From the NCBI RefSeq assembly GCF_006345805.1, contig NC_043000.1, positions 133,734,001-133,798,000 on the forward strand: a DNA stretch of 64,000 nucleotides. The letters are read 5' to 3'. How positions within the stretch are numbered: position 1 is the first letter of the stretch; every line of letters begins with the position of its first letter. Both the position numbers and the translations under genes were made by a program. Source of the DNA: Octopus sinensis. Its lineage: Eukaryota. This document shows, piece by piece, positions 50,359 to 64,000 of this stretch. The notes beneath the pieces were generated by a model. The model searched no databases. It saw only the letters and a program-made list of their open reading frames with translations, and had not been told where the DNA came from.

Positions 50359-51069
50359 AATATCATTTAATCATAACGCCATTTCAAGTCCTTGTTCTAT
50401 TCGAAAATGGGTTGGATGATTTGACAGGATTCAATGAGCCCAAGAACTACATTATGATTCAGTGCCTGCTTTGGCATGGTATCTATGACTGGATGCCCTT
50501 CTCCACACCAATTATTTTTCAGAATGTACTGATTACTTTTTTTCATGGCAGCAGCACTACTGAAGTCATAATGCAGCTCATAAAACACTATGAACCCTGG
50601 TAGGCAGCATTATGCTAGGAAATGAGGGTTAAATGTATGAGAAAAAGGGCTAGAGCAGAACAGGTCTGTTGCTGTAAATGAGCTACATAACTACTCACAA
50701 GTTTTTACTGGAACACAGCTTTATTGCTGAGCAAGGGTCTAAAGAGATAGAATTAGGGAAGAGAGTAGGAGGTAGTAGTTTAATGTGAGAGAAAGGATGA
50801 GTTAGGAAGTGATAAGAATAATGGGTTGAGTCAGAGATTTAGTTACAGGTAAGGAGATTGGTGCATGAATGAGAGATAAGGTGATGGTGAAAAGCCAGAG
50901 GGTATCCTCAAGATAACACACCTAAGAGAACATGGTAAAAAAGTATTGGGGACAGTGGGTAAAGGCTACCAGAATGAAAGCCCTCTTTAGTCGAGCATCC
51001 TGATTTGGAAGGATAGACAAAGTGGGGGCAGCAAGATATGGGTGATGGAGGTGGCGGGGTTGTAGATAT

Positions 51070-51297
51070 TTAACCCTTTTGATGCCAACCTGGCTGAAAC
51101 CTCCTCTGGCTCTGTAGTACAAATGTCTTGTTTTCAAAAGTTCTGAATTAAAATCTTCCACCAAACCTAAGTCACAATTTATGTTCCTATAACTAGATTA
51201 ATGATGACTAAGTTATTTTACTAAATTCTTTGTTACATTTAAAATTAATTGAAAGAAACAGAGCATCTCAACAGAAATATAGTGACAAAATGGTTAA
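51070..51297. mobile_element. TTAA MITE family A copy
   Basis: TTAACCCTTT start; same interior. Confidence 0.75.
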
Positions 51298-51514
51298 TAT
51301 GAGAGGTCTTGGGTCTTCCTTTTAATTATGAGTATCATAGTACAAGGAGTAGAAGAGGAGACAATGGGTAAATGTGAGGGTATATAATGGGCAGTAACAT
51401 CCAGGGATTTTTTTTTTTTCAGAGTTTATATATATTTTAGACTAAAGCAATAAACATCTTGGGTATTCTAGTTGCTATCTGATCTAAAAACAATGCTGAG
51501 CTCAAGTTTGGTAC

Positions 51515-51555
51515 CTTGTTTTCTGAGTTTACATTCTGATGCACCTCTTGTATTC
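51515..51555 (-). CDS. SLC8A: Candidate 41-nt NCX exon ([G]IQEVHQNVNSENK)
   Basis: attttctcacctccag| acceptor and AAG|gtacca donor (moderate); open in phase 1 to 0; loosely like the pre-CBD1 linker (SMHEVNTEV in NCX1). Confidence 0.42.
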
Positions 51556-53322
51556 CTGGAGGTGAGAAAATATATTTGTAAGGTACATCTTTACACTGTG
51601 AAATTTATTAACTCTAAATAAATTAAAAGTTGATAAAAATGGCCTCTAGACTTATCTGTGTGATTCAGTGGTGAACAAGAATAATCCAAATCAATATATG
51701 TAAATATACACTAGTGAAATTTGGATAATGAGCATCCATTTATTGATAAATAGATCAAATAACAGCTGTTGCACCCCAGAAGATCTATAATATTTTAAGA
51801 AAAAAAAACAAAAATAAAAAGCTTGGGAAATTGCATAACAGCTGTTTTATACCTCAAAATAACCATACTTTAACTATTATATACAAAACTAACTATGTAA
51901 CAGCAACTATACTCTAGAACTACTAATGACACCTAGAGAAGGACTGACTACTTAGTGTACCATATCACATATATGTGTATGGGTGTGCAATGGAATTATC
52001 AATAAATTACAAAATGAAATTATTACAGTTTTTGACTGTGTTATCTTTTATAGTAACATGTAAACTAGTATTCTAAACAGTTTCTTATAATGAAGATAAG
52101 AAGCAGATGTAAGAGGAAGGGATAAGACTATAGCAGCAAATTGTGAAGCAGCTCAAAAGGTTGTGGAACCTCTGTACCAGAACAATAGTTGTGAACAGCA
52201 GTGAGAAACCATTTTATAACCAAAGATGTATAGAAAGTCCAAAAGAACCCACCAGGTATAGCAGCCCAGATAAAATAATGAAATTTTCTTTAAATTTACA
52301 AATTTGAAGGCATGCAACTTATATTAATTTACTGGTTTTGGTCAGAAGATTCAAACCAATTTTTCATATGGATTTTCAGAGACTTTTCAGTGAGCAGTTT
52401 CAAATATGAATGTATGCGAAATTTTGCCCTTGAGCACGAGGGAACATATATAGAAGTTCTACAACAGAGGAGTTGAAATACTGTTACCATAGACTAAGAA
52501 CACACTTTGTTTGCAGACATCAATTTTTATCTCAATGAAGGAACATTTACTTTTGGGGTATCAAATTCATTTGGTTTTATGGGCAAGATAGAAAGATAAA
52601 ATAGATCTAGCAGATCAGATAGGGATAACTATTGTTAAAAACCCTATTCATAATGTTAACTAAAATAAATGGATAAAAAGGGCCCAATATACCTTACAAT
52701 TTTATTAATAATAAATTAAAAGAATATGAGATGTTAGCAAACTGTGTGTAGAGGTGTGTGTGTGTGTGTGTTATTATATATGAGTCTGTAGTATGCAAAC
52801 AGAGTTAGAAAATGTCCAAACGAATGCATACAGCTCTTGAGAAGACCAACGCTTGATAGGAAGGGCAGCGAGCCGGCAGAAACGTTAGCACTCCAGGTGA
52901 AATGCTTAGTGGTATTTCATGTGCCGCTATGTTGTGAGTTCAAATTCCGCCGAGGTCGACTTTGCCTTTCATCCTTTTGGGGTCGATTAAATAAGTACCA
53001 GTTACGCACTGGGATCGATATAATCAACTTAATCTGTTTCTCTGTCCTTGTTTGTCCCCTCTGTGAGCAATAAAGAAATAGGAAACTTGCAATGTCCAAT
53101 TCATTGGACAAAAGATTTGAGGTAATGCCCCAGCATGGCCACAATTGAAGGACTGAAACAAGTAAAAGGTATGAGAGAATTTCAGTTGGCCAATTGTCAT
53201 TATCAGTCAACAATGCATATCCTGTGCCAAAACTATGTTGTGCCAATGACTAAGATTATGTGTGTGTGAGGCAATGACTGAGAACTTTAGCATCATGTTG
53301 TGCTTAAGAAGACATATATATA

Positions 53323-53614
53323 TATCACGTGACTGACCTGGCTATCAGATGTTGCTACACATCGCTGGTCACAATGCGCTTCGCATTGTTTTAGTCTTCA
53401 AATGACACCACCCCGCTGGCTAAGCAAGCAGGCCAACAGAAGAAAAAGTGAGAGAAAGAGTACACCAGGGATCGCCACCATCTCCTGCTGGAGCGTCGTG
53501 GAACTATAAGTGCTTTCGCTCAATAAACACTCACAACCCCTGGTCTGGGAATCGAAACCGCGATCCTACGACAGCGAGTCCACTGCCTTAACCACTGGGC
53601 CATTGTGCCTCCAC
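53323..53614 (-). mobile_element. tRNA-SINE family C
   Basis: Head gtggaggcacaatggcccagtggttaagg...ggtttcgattcc (A and B boxes). Relatives at about 21878-22179(-), 61050-61349(-) and 36646-36892(+). Confidence 0.8.
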
Positions 53615-53617
53615 AAA

Positions 53618-53706
53618 CATATATATATATATATATATTATACATACATACATACATACATACATACATACATACATACATACACACATACATACACACA
53701 TACATA

Positions 53707-53754
<48 letters not shown>

Positions 53755-53800
53755 TATATATATAGATATATATACATACATACATATATATATATATAAA
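53618..53800. repeat. Compound microsatellite (TA)n(TACA)n(CA)n(TA)n
   Basis: Directly visible. Similar tracts at 41-70, 3868-3907, 4530-4570, 5874-5948, 49085-49215 and 61565-61660. Confidence 0.95.
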
Positions 53801-56800
53801 GGGTCTTTATATAATTGAATATCCTACACAAGTTAGGCAACACAGCAAATTTATTGAAATTTTTAGGTGACTAACAGCCATATCAGTGTCTGTAATAAAT
53901 TGAAGTTGTAAGAATATATCAAAGGTTTACAGTTTCATTCAATTTGCTAAGTACCTATTTAGGGAATTTCATCTTGATTTCTCTGGCTCTAAGTTTCTCG
54001 TACATAGATTCTAGGTGTAATTTATACAGCCAAATACAAGAAAGAAATTAAGCAAAAGGCAAAGGAGAAAGAGGAACTGAAGTTGCCAAAGTAACAGGAT
54101 TGTTCAGTTCCTCTGCAACCAATTTATGAACTTAGCAGATATTGTAAGAAATAAGATAAGGCGTGGCAGTTTTTGTATCTGTTTGTCTACATCTAAAGTG
54201 TGGGTGTGTGATTAATGCACACACACACACAGAGCTTTGCATGTGTATATAAATGTGCATGTTTTCTTTTCACCCATTACCTGAACTGGAGGTAATAACT
54301 TGCATGTGTGAGTAGTTCTGTGTGTGAGTAAATGGGCATGTGTGTGTGTATGTGCTTATGTTAATGAGTAGGTGTGTGCTTGTGTATATGAGTAGGTGTG
54401 TGCATGTGTGTGTGTGTGTGTGTGTGTAGTTTGCTTAATATGCATGGCTGCTATATTGCTAACATCCTTCCTTAGTTAATTCCACAAATTCCAAACATCT
54501 GACTGAGAACTAGTATAATATTCATAGGATAACACTAATGACACTATCTCCCACCACCACCACCACTTACAAATAAATAAATAAATAAATAAATGAATGA
54601 ATAAATAAATAAACAGAAAAGTGGGTGCCATAGGAGAATGTATGTAGTAACAGCCTAATTAATTCAAACAGTAACTAACTAGGCAGAAAGTAAAGCAACT
54701 GGTTGTCAACTTCACAGAATACCTTTCAACTAGATGACACCTAATCTAGACTTCTTCCTGTTTCTCAACCGTATTTCCTCTTAATACACATTACTATTCT
54801 ACTTTATCAATCTGATTTCCCTGGAATCTTTTATTTGTTTCAGACATTGGACAGAAACATGCTAGGGCACCGTTATGAAAGGTTTAAGTCAAAGAAATCG
54901 ACCCCAGTATTTTTTTTTTAAGCCTGGTACTCATCATATCAATCTTCTTTTGCCAAACTACTAAGTTATGGGATGTAACTGACCAACACTACTTTTCAAG
55001 TGGTGGTGGAACATGCACAAATACACGCACACACGTTGGACTTTTTCCAGTTTCCTCTTACTAAATCCTTTATTGAATCCACTCTCAAGGCTTCGGTTGA
55101 CCCAGGACTATAGCTGAAGACACTTAACCAAGCGGCACATAGCAGGACTGAATGTGGAACCATGTGGTTGAGAAACACATTTCTTATTTCTTATTTCAAG
55201 GGGCTAAACAAAGAGGGTACAAACAAGAACAGACAAAGGGATTAAGTCAATTAAATCGACCCTAGTGCGTAACTGGTTCTTAATTTATCGACCCCAAAAG
55301 GATGAAAGGCAAAGTCGACTTCGGCAGAATTTGAACTCAGAATGCAGCGGCAGACGAAATACCACAAAGCATTTCACCCGGCGTGCTAACGTTTCTGCCA
55401 GCTCACCGCCTTATTATTACATAGCAATAACACACTTCTTATTACATAGCAATGCCTGCATCTTTTTTTTTTCTTCTTAAATTAAAGTTAAATATTCATA
55501 CCCTCACATACCCTGACACTGTGGTTGAGTAAAGCTTAGAAATGCCACCACCCCTAATTCACATCTCTTCCTCTCAGCTTATATCGTCAGACAAGTTTTA
55601 AAATAACAAAACACTAAAATGCCTTGTTGAAACAACAAAAAAAGAAAAATTTACTTTGTCATTGTTGTTGTTGAGTGACCTCCCATTAATAACTGCTTGA
55701 GGAGGTCTCATAGCATTCATTTAATCAACCAGATGTTGAGTGTTTAGTAGCATCTCAGATGTCCAGAATTCTAGACATACCACGTATCTACACACACACA
55801 TATCTGCCTAAAGAAGCACTCATCTTCATCTGCGCATACATATACACACACATATACTTAGCTGGCTACACACACACACACACATACATACACATATATG
55901 TAATGGAGAGAGATCAGATGTGTATGCACACACACGTGTTGGCTTTGGCTGATATTCTAATATTCTAATTAATGAAGTTAATCGTGTTTATCCAAACTTT
56001 ATAAGTCACATTTATCCTGAGATTGAGAAATCTAAAACATTTGCTCTTCATCTTGAGAGCTATAAATAGAAATGTATGCATGACAAAATAAACTGGGGTG
56101 GAGTTTCCCCTTATTATAACTGAAATGCTATGTACTGTAGGATTAGGGAAATCTCTTAGCAAGCCCATTCTGTGACCCAATTTTGATTCCTCCAAGGCAG
56201 GAATCCACTTGACTTCATTACTGACGCCCATGAAAAAGAGGAAAGAATATCATTCATTCTCCTTTTATAGTATTGAGCTGAACTAAAAAATTTATTTTAA
56301 TCACTTACTGTCTCATGAAAGTTTTTTTTTCTTTTTGAGGCATGGCTGTATGGTTAAACAGCCCACTTTGCAGTTATGTGGCTTTGGGTTCAATCCCACT
56401 GTGCACCACCTTGGGTGAGTGTCTTCCACTCAATGTCTTGTGAGTGAATTTAGTAGCCAGAAACTGTGTGGAAGCCCATCACATTTATATGTTTGCGTGT
56501 GTGTGTGCGTATCCCACCACCCCTGCCTCAACCACTAGACAACTGATGTTAATTTGTTCGTGTTCTGGTAACTTAGTAGTTCAGCAAAATAGACCAACAG
56601 AATACCAGACTTTAAAAAAAAGTACTAGGGTTGATTAGTTTGTCTAAACCCTTCATGATGGTGCCCCAGCATGACCACAGTCCAATGCCTGAAACAAGTA
56701 AGAGATAAAAGATAAATGCCATTATTGTTATTGTTGTCTAACCCCGGGCCAGCTCTGGTCAAACAAACCAGTGATTGAAAGTGTTCTAGCTGTAACCCGA

Positions 56801-58207
56801 ATATCATGTTTTTTCACATAGAAGTGACTTTTTATTCAGTGTGTCTTTCTTTAAGATGATGTGATTTAGAGGAGATTTAGCTGCTATTACTAACATGTCA
56901 AGTAACATCATAAGCGTAGCCATTATTAATATTATTTGAAGTTTGTGGAAGAGAGACAGAAAAATGTTGAACCAAATACTTAGTAAATAGTATGGGACCT
57001 GTGTGTCACAAGTTCAAAACTTACTGAGGTCAATAAAATAAGTAACCACTCAACTGTACATCTTGTTTTGCACTTTATATTTTGAGTTCAAATCCTGTCA
57101 CAGTCATCTTTGCCTTTCATTCTTCCAGGGATCAATAAAGTAAATTTCAAAACTTGTGTTAATAGCAGAAAGAATTATTATTTGAATTTGTAATAAAATA
57201 GTAGATGGTTGTTGTGAACATGATGCTAGCTTCATGAACATGATGCTAGACAGTTGAATTTGTGACCCAGTCTCAGCTCTCAGGTGAAGCCATTTCTCTG
57301 TGATTGTTAATGCTCTTGAGAAAAACATGAATAACGTACACTTATTTCTTTCTCTGTAAATATGAGATCTACTTAATTAGGAAATCTTTATATTATTTTA
57401 AATGAAATTTATAAAGAGGAAAATTACCACTTGACGATGAGTAAGAGTGTGGAAGTTAGAACCGGTAAGCTTATTTCTTAGGTTGAAGAAACAGATTTTA
57501 TCTACTCAAAATGTGTCAAATACAACAGAACATACTTCATGATTAAGCAAGTGCTTGTTGTAGGATATGTTTTCAAACCAAATACTAAATCTACTTAACT
57601 GAACCAACAAGGGAGTTGCCACAAGATGACTCAATCTGCTAAAAATATCAACAAAATTTTCTCAATTCACTATATCTACCTATCTATCTACATATGTATA
57701 TATAATGTCATATTTTATCACATTTCCCATACTTACATATTTAATGGGATCTAATAGATTAGAGGACCCTGTTATAGTCAAATATCTGCTTCGGCATGAT
57801 TTCTACCACTGAATGCCATTCCTAAAGCCAGTGCCACCAGCAGGATATGTAATTTAATGAATACAGGAGTTATACTTCAAATTTCATGCTTGGATAGTAC
57901 AGAAACTGTATGCTATACAGGCTTGTATTGCATATCATGCACAATCTGGCTATTAATCAATATAACACACTATGCCAGATCATGCATAGTATACTATACA
58001 ATCGCATCCAATTAGTGCACTATTCAAAAGAAATGTTCAAAAAGCTAATTAAACTCCTGTATTAATTAACCGTATGTTACCCAAACCTGAAATGTGCATA
58101 TTAAATGATTTCAAAATATCACTATTTGGTTCTACTTTATTATTATAACTTGATGCTAATGATTTTTCTCCTCTGTCTTCCTTTTCACTTGGACTTTCCT
58201 CCGTCTT

Positions 58208-58242
58208 ATTTCTGAAGAAGAGCTTTGCTTGAAATGTAAAAC
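58208..58242 (+). ncRNA. Minimal type-I hammerhead-like motif, degenerate
   Basis: attt CTGAAGA a GAGC ttt GCTT GAAAT GTA aaac: canonical CUGANGA/GAAA core; stem III palindrome decayed (ACGT to ATGT). Confidence 0.5.
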
Positions 58243-61200
58243 TACCTTTTTTTCCTTCCTTGAGCATCTGCTAATACTTTGCATGTACTACGTCTTTGCT
58301 TTGTTGTTTTTTCTTGTGTTTTTCTTTCGTTTTTTTTAATTATACACACACACACAGACATATATATATATATGTGTGTGTGTGTGTGGTCATAGAGTGA
58401 CTAAAACTCCCTGAAACCTGAGTTGAAGAAAGACATACCTTCAGCTTTACAGTCTGATGAGTCAGCCATGGGGCTAAGACCTTTATGGATGCAAAACCAT
58501 TAGTCACTATAATTAAGCATAGACTTAACTAATTATAAATACATTACTGCTCTATGCTTTAAAGTGTGCTTCTTTTTCGGATGTATGACACACTGACGAT
58601 ATATATATATATATATCATCATTATTTAACGTCCGTTTTCCACGTTAGCACGGGTTGGACGGTTCGACCGGGGTCTGGGAAGCCAGGGGGCTGCACCAGG
58701 CTCCAGTCTGATCTGGCAGTGTTTCTACAGATGGATGCCCTTCGTAACACCAACCACTCCATGAGTGTAGTGGGTGCTTTTTATGTGCCACTGGCACAGG
58801 TGCCAGGGGAGGCTGGCAGTGGCCATGATCGGTTGGTGCTTTTTACGTGCCACCAGCACAGAAGCCAGTCAAGGCGGTGCTGGCATCGGCCACATTCGAA
58901 CGGTGCTTTTTACATGCCACCGGTACAGGTATCACAAATACAATTTCTATTTGATATTTATTTCGATGTTGATATATATACACATATATATCATTATCAT
59001 CAGTTTAATGCCTATTTTTCTATGCTTGCATGGGTCACTTGGAATTTGTTGAAGATTTTCTACAGCTGGATGCACTTCCTGTCTCCAATTCCCACTCATC
59101 TATTTCTAGCCAAGGTAATATTTACCATGACCAGCCATGTACTTCACAGTATGACTGACCTTCACTTACAACCACCACGGGATGTCAAGATACTGGTGCA
59201 CAATCACACACAATCTTTCATCTGTTTAACATCAGTTGTTCCATAACTTGGACAGCAATTATTTTGAGGAAGGATTTATAGGCTGGATACTCTTCTAAAC
59301 ACTAATATCCACTTGTTTTTTAAGGGATTTTTATTAGAGAGAAATTGGCTTTTCCTTTGAAGCCTTTATTGATATATTTTTATTCATCTTGTGGATGGAG
59401 CTTAAGTGGTTGCAATGTAGGTTGTGTAGAATTGTGGCATATTAGAATAGTCTTTAGATGTTATATGATTAGGTGTCATGGTAATAAACAATAAATTTAA
59501 ATTAACAAATAACAGCAAATTTAAATTAAGTTAAGTCTTTACAATAGATGTATGTATAGAAGGCATACATACATACATAAGGAAGGAAAGAAAGAAACGA
59601 TGAACTAAAAGAAAGGGGGAAAAAAAGAACAAAACAGGAAAGTGAGTAAGGAAGAAAGTCTGATTTTATAAGAGTATGGAGAAAAGGACAAATATTCAAT
59701 TCTAATTAATTGTAATGAGGTTATATTTGGTGTAAGAAATTAAGGGTTATTTACATTTATCATAATTTATAATCATTCCAGTATATATATGATGCAGGTA
59801 AAAGGTTAGATTTATATGCAAGCACAGATCAAGTTCTGTAGATTGTGTTGAGAGGTCACATCCAAGCAAATTTTATATTGATTTAAGAGATCTTGGTTTA
59901 AAATTCTGGCCATTGTACACGATCAAGAAATATTAGTATTTGATGCTTTTATATATATATATTGGTACTTGAAAGAATATGTGTATGTAACCACAAAATT
60001 TATATTCATCCTTTCATCTTGACATACATTTATGTAAATGAATACATGAAGATATATGTATGTATGGTATATATACATGCCTGTGCATGGATATTATATA
60101 CATATACACATACACAAGCAGGAATATATATACAATCATCATCATCATCATCATTATTGCTTTAACAGCCATTTTTCCATGATTGCAAAAGTTTAGTGTG
60201 AATGCCAGATGCTTTTCTGCCTCTTGGGGGTTATCAATAGCATGTACTCAAAGCCAACCACATGCTGTGGCAAAATATCACAACCCTCCCAACAATTGTT
60301 CAGTTATTGTTTTCCATCATATCAGTGGGGTCAAATTATTATATATATAAATTAGAAACATTAGCCAATATACCAAATATATATGTTTTATTTATTATTT
60401 TGCACATTACTTAATCATTGGTATATGTTTTTATCTTATATTTAATTTTTTCTATAGGATGTAATTTTTTCTATATGGTATAATTTAATTTTTTCATTGT
60501 TGAATTGATAAAAGGTGGGTTTTTTTCTAATTTATATTTTGTGAAATTTGATTTAGTATTACTAAATTGAATTTTTCCCTATAAGTTTGCAATAATATTC
60601 CCTAATATTATTATTATATACTTATATATATATATATATATATGTATTTATACATGCTTATATGTATGCACACACACACACACACACACATGTATGCATA
60701 TATATTTATATATGTGCACATGGAATGAGGTAATTGGGTGCAGACATTTGAATGACAGTAATTTGGCATGGTTGTTTGGGCATTGAGCCTGATTTGGCAA
60801 TGGCTTTTTAGCAATAGTACTTTTTGGCACTGGAGGCAAACATACACAGCACACATACAGAAACATACATTTACAAGCAGACAGAGAGAGAGATGTCTGT
60901 AACAATTGGTGTCACTTGATACATCTTATTGCTTCTCTTTCTCTCCAGTTTTTCTGTATAAATTACCAACATTTATATTCACTGTCTATTCTACTTTATC
61001 AAAGATGTGTAGCAATACATTGGCGGATGTCAATGTTTTTTATTTATTTATGTGCCCTTTTCAAGCCTAGCCAGGCTCATGGGCCCGGTTTCTATGGCGA
61101 ATGAGTTGTTCCCCCCAGCTGGACGGGACACCAGTCCATTGCAGCGTTACTCAAGAAACAGGAAGAAAGAATGAGAGAAAATCGGGGCAAAAGAGTACAA

Positions 61201-62011
61201 CAGGGGTCGCCACCACCCACTTCCGGAGCCTTGAGGAGCTTTAGGTGTTTTCACTCAATAAACACACACAACGCCTGGTTTGGGAATCGAAACTGCGATC
61301 CTCCAACCACAAGTCCACTGCCCTAACCACTGGGCTATTGTGCCTCCACTGTCAATGTTTTACTAACCATTATAGGCAGCATGCTAAACAAACTTGAGTA
61401 ATTCAATAGTTGTGGTTATAAGATAATTGTCAACTTCTGTAATAAAATGTTTTACACATCCAAATGGTCCTTGGGACAAAATGTCTAATGTCAAGTAAGT
61501 CACCATCAAAGCAACATTGCCAAATACAAGGGGCCAAAACAGCCATGCCAAAATGCTTCACACCTATATATATATATATACATACATACATACATACATA
61601 CATACATACATACATACATACATACATACATACATACATACATACATACATACATACATAGACACAGACATGTAATACTTATATATTTTTATGCATACAT
61701 ACACGGGGCCTTCCATACAGTTTCTGAAAACCAATTCCACTCACCAGGCACTAGTGTGCTTGAGGTTCTTATAGAAGAGAAGGTTCCACATGGTGAGATA
61801 GAGCTCAAAACTATGTAGTTACAAGGGGAACTCCATTGGTACATGATACATGTGTGTTTGTATGCATGTGTGTGTGTGTACACACACATACATACACACG
61901 GATACATGTATATATATAAAATGTTGCTTTGTATGTGTTTTTATATATTTGAGTGTGTGTGTGTGCGTATATATATATATACACACACACATATATACAT
62001 ATATGTATATA

Positions 62012-63295
62012 TTGGGTTGTCCAGAAAGTTTGTACCGATTCTTAAAGGAAAGAAAAAGGTCAATAAATGCTTGCCTTTACATTTTTAATCAACCAAATAT
62101 GAACCATTTTGTTGCACAATGCATCTCCATCCTTCCTTTAACTTGAAAATACCCTCTTCCCAGAATTGAAGTGGTTTCATGGCAAAGAATTCATCAAGGT
62201 ATCTTTTTATGTCATCCAAGGAATTGAAATTTTTACTATTAAGACTATTCTGCAGAGACCTGAATAAGTGGAAATCCAAAGGAGTAATATCTGGTGAATA
62301 TGGAGGGTTGGGTAACACATCCCAGCCGAGCTGAAGGAATTTTTGTCTGGTTCCCAAAGAAACATGCGGTCTTGCATTATCATGTTGGAAAACAACACCC
62401 TTCCTGTTGAAAAATTCTGGACGTTTCTCTTGAATTGCTGCTTTTAACTCATCTAGTTGTGTGCAGTATTTCTCAGAATAAATTGTCTGGTTACTTGGGA
62501 GAAGCTCATAGTACAGAATTCCTTTCCAATCCCACCAGACACAAAGCAAGACGTTTTTAGGGTGAAGACCCGCTTTTGGGGTGGCTAAGGGTGGCTCATG
62601 TCGCTTACTCCAGGATCGCTTTCTCGGAACATTTCGGTAGATAATCCATTTCTCGTCACCTGTCACAATTTGCTTTAAAAAAGGTGCGTTTTCATTCCGT
62701 TTATAAAGCGAATCACAGATGGAAATGCAATTCAAAAGGTTCTTCTCACTCAATTCGTGTGGTACCCAAACATCATAGCAATTTGTGTACCCAAGCTTTA
62801 CCAGGTGCTCATGAATGACAGATTTTGATAGGTTGAGGCTTTCTGCCAATTCTCGGGTTGTGCAATGTGGGTCATTTTCAATTAATGACTTGATTTGGTC
62901 ATCATCTGTAGTGGATGGTCTGCCTGATTGCTCTTTATCAATAAGACTACAATCTCCAACTCAGAACCTTGCGAACCACTTCTGTACAGTTCTTTCAGAT
63001 AAAGAAACATCACCGTAAACTGCACATATTTCTTTGGTTGCTTGTGAGACATTTTTCCCTTTACGGAAAAAGAAAAGCATCAAGTGCTGAAAATGAACTT
63101 TCTTATCTTCCATTTTAAAGGGTTACAGAATTAACACAGGTTATAGGAACATAAACCTTCTTCCACGAAAATATAGTTTAAACTGTGCTCTAAATGGAGG
63201 TGTAGTTAAATCCTATTTTATGGACTCAACAATGTTCTAAAATAAGTCGAAAGGTATGCTACCATAAATCGGCACGAACTTTCCGGACAATCCAA
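62012..63295 (-). mobile_element. Full-length mariner element (1284 bp)
   Basis: About 29-bp TIRs (TTGGGTTGTCCAGAAAGTTTGTACCGATT / AATCGGCACGAACTTTCCGGACAATCCAA) flanked by TA at 62010-62011 and 63296-63297. Confidence 0.95.
62085..63113 (-). pseudogene. Mariner DD34D transposase, 342 codons with one internal TGA
   Basis: MEDKKVHF...; WVPHEL, TGDEKW, HDNARPH and YSPDITPLD motifs; no frameshift; single stop at codon 51 (62961-62963). Confidence 0.93.
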
Positions 63296-63388
63296 TAGAA
63301 TGTTTCTTTATGTTTTATATATTTGAGTGTACATGTGTGTGTATATATACACACACACAAATATATAAAAACATACAAAGAACTGTTG

Positions 63389-63420
<32 letters not shown>

Positions 63421-63690
63421 TATAAATTCTTTTGGTTGTCAAGCGATGGTGAGGGGAACAAATACAGACATACATACATATATATATATATATGACGGGC
63501 TTCTTTCAGTTTCCACCTACCAAATCCACTCAAGGCTTTGGTCATCCTGAGGCTATAGTAGAAAACACTTGCCCAAAGTGTCACACAGTGGGATTGAACC
63601 CAGAACCATGTGGTTGGTAAGCAAGCTACTTTCCACACAGCCACTTCTGTGCCTATGTATATAAAATGTTTCTTTGTATTCATTTTTTTA

Positions 63691-64000
63691 TATGAGGTGT
63701 AGTCAAAAAGTATCTAACCCTTTTTTTTTGCACAAAATAATAATGCTTGAACAAAAACTGCATGGGTATTAGTTGGCCACATCCTTCCTGAACATGCACA
63801 AAAAGTTTGATGTCTGTAGGTTGTGCCAGTCTCCAACAATGATGCGTTAAGCACAGACATGGAAAGTGTGCTGTGTGATTTTTGTTTCAGTCAAGAGGAC
63901 TGTGCACATTGAGCAAAGATACTGTATCAAATCCTACCAAAAATTTGGTGATATGCAAGCCCAGACTATCGAGAAGATTCAGAAGACTTTTGGAGATGAT
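63691..64000 (+). mobile_element. 5' end of a second, different mariner-like element (cut by window edge)
   Basis: TA followed by TGAGGTGTAGTCAAAAAGTA; from 63908 IEQRYCIKSYQKFGDMQAQTIEKIQKTFGDD resembles mariner N-terminal EQR..IKF...G. Confidence 0.6.

Noticed and set aside
58454-58500. CTGATGA motif as a hammerhead
   Set aside because: No GAAA adjacent to the putative stem II.

Overview
AT-rich, repeat-dense animal genomic DNA. The SINE families, (CA)n/(TA)n/(TACA)n density and large introns suggest an octopus/cephalopod (inference). Two convergent spliced genes were assembled by hand from splice signals and reading frame. (1) NR2C2AP on + has 4 exons (12748-29607, 145 aa), and its last intron is a U12-type AT-AC intron. 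(2) The 3' two-thirds of an SLC8/NCX Na+/Ca2+ exchanger on - has 7 firm exons (43944 to 32320; CBD1, CBD2, alpha-2 repeat, C-terminal TMs), plus a candidate 41-nt exon and a candidate 15-nt UGC-type microexon upstream. Its N-terminal exons were not found and probably lie beyond 64000. The rest is transposon debris: a Penelope-like RT/GIY-YIG remnant, two minimal hammerhead-like motifs, RTE and CR1/L2-type LINE fragments, at least three tRNA-SINE families, a 3.3-kb hAT with perfect 8-bp TSD and nested insertions, a full-length mariner broken by one stop codon, Helitron ends, TTAA MITEs and several hairpins. Most short ORFs in the supplied track are repeat or microsatellite artefacts. Exon coordinates were counted exactly; repeat boundaries are approximate (about 10-20 bp). 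No database search was run.
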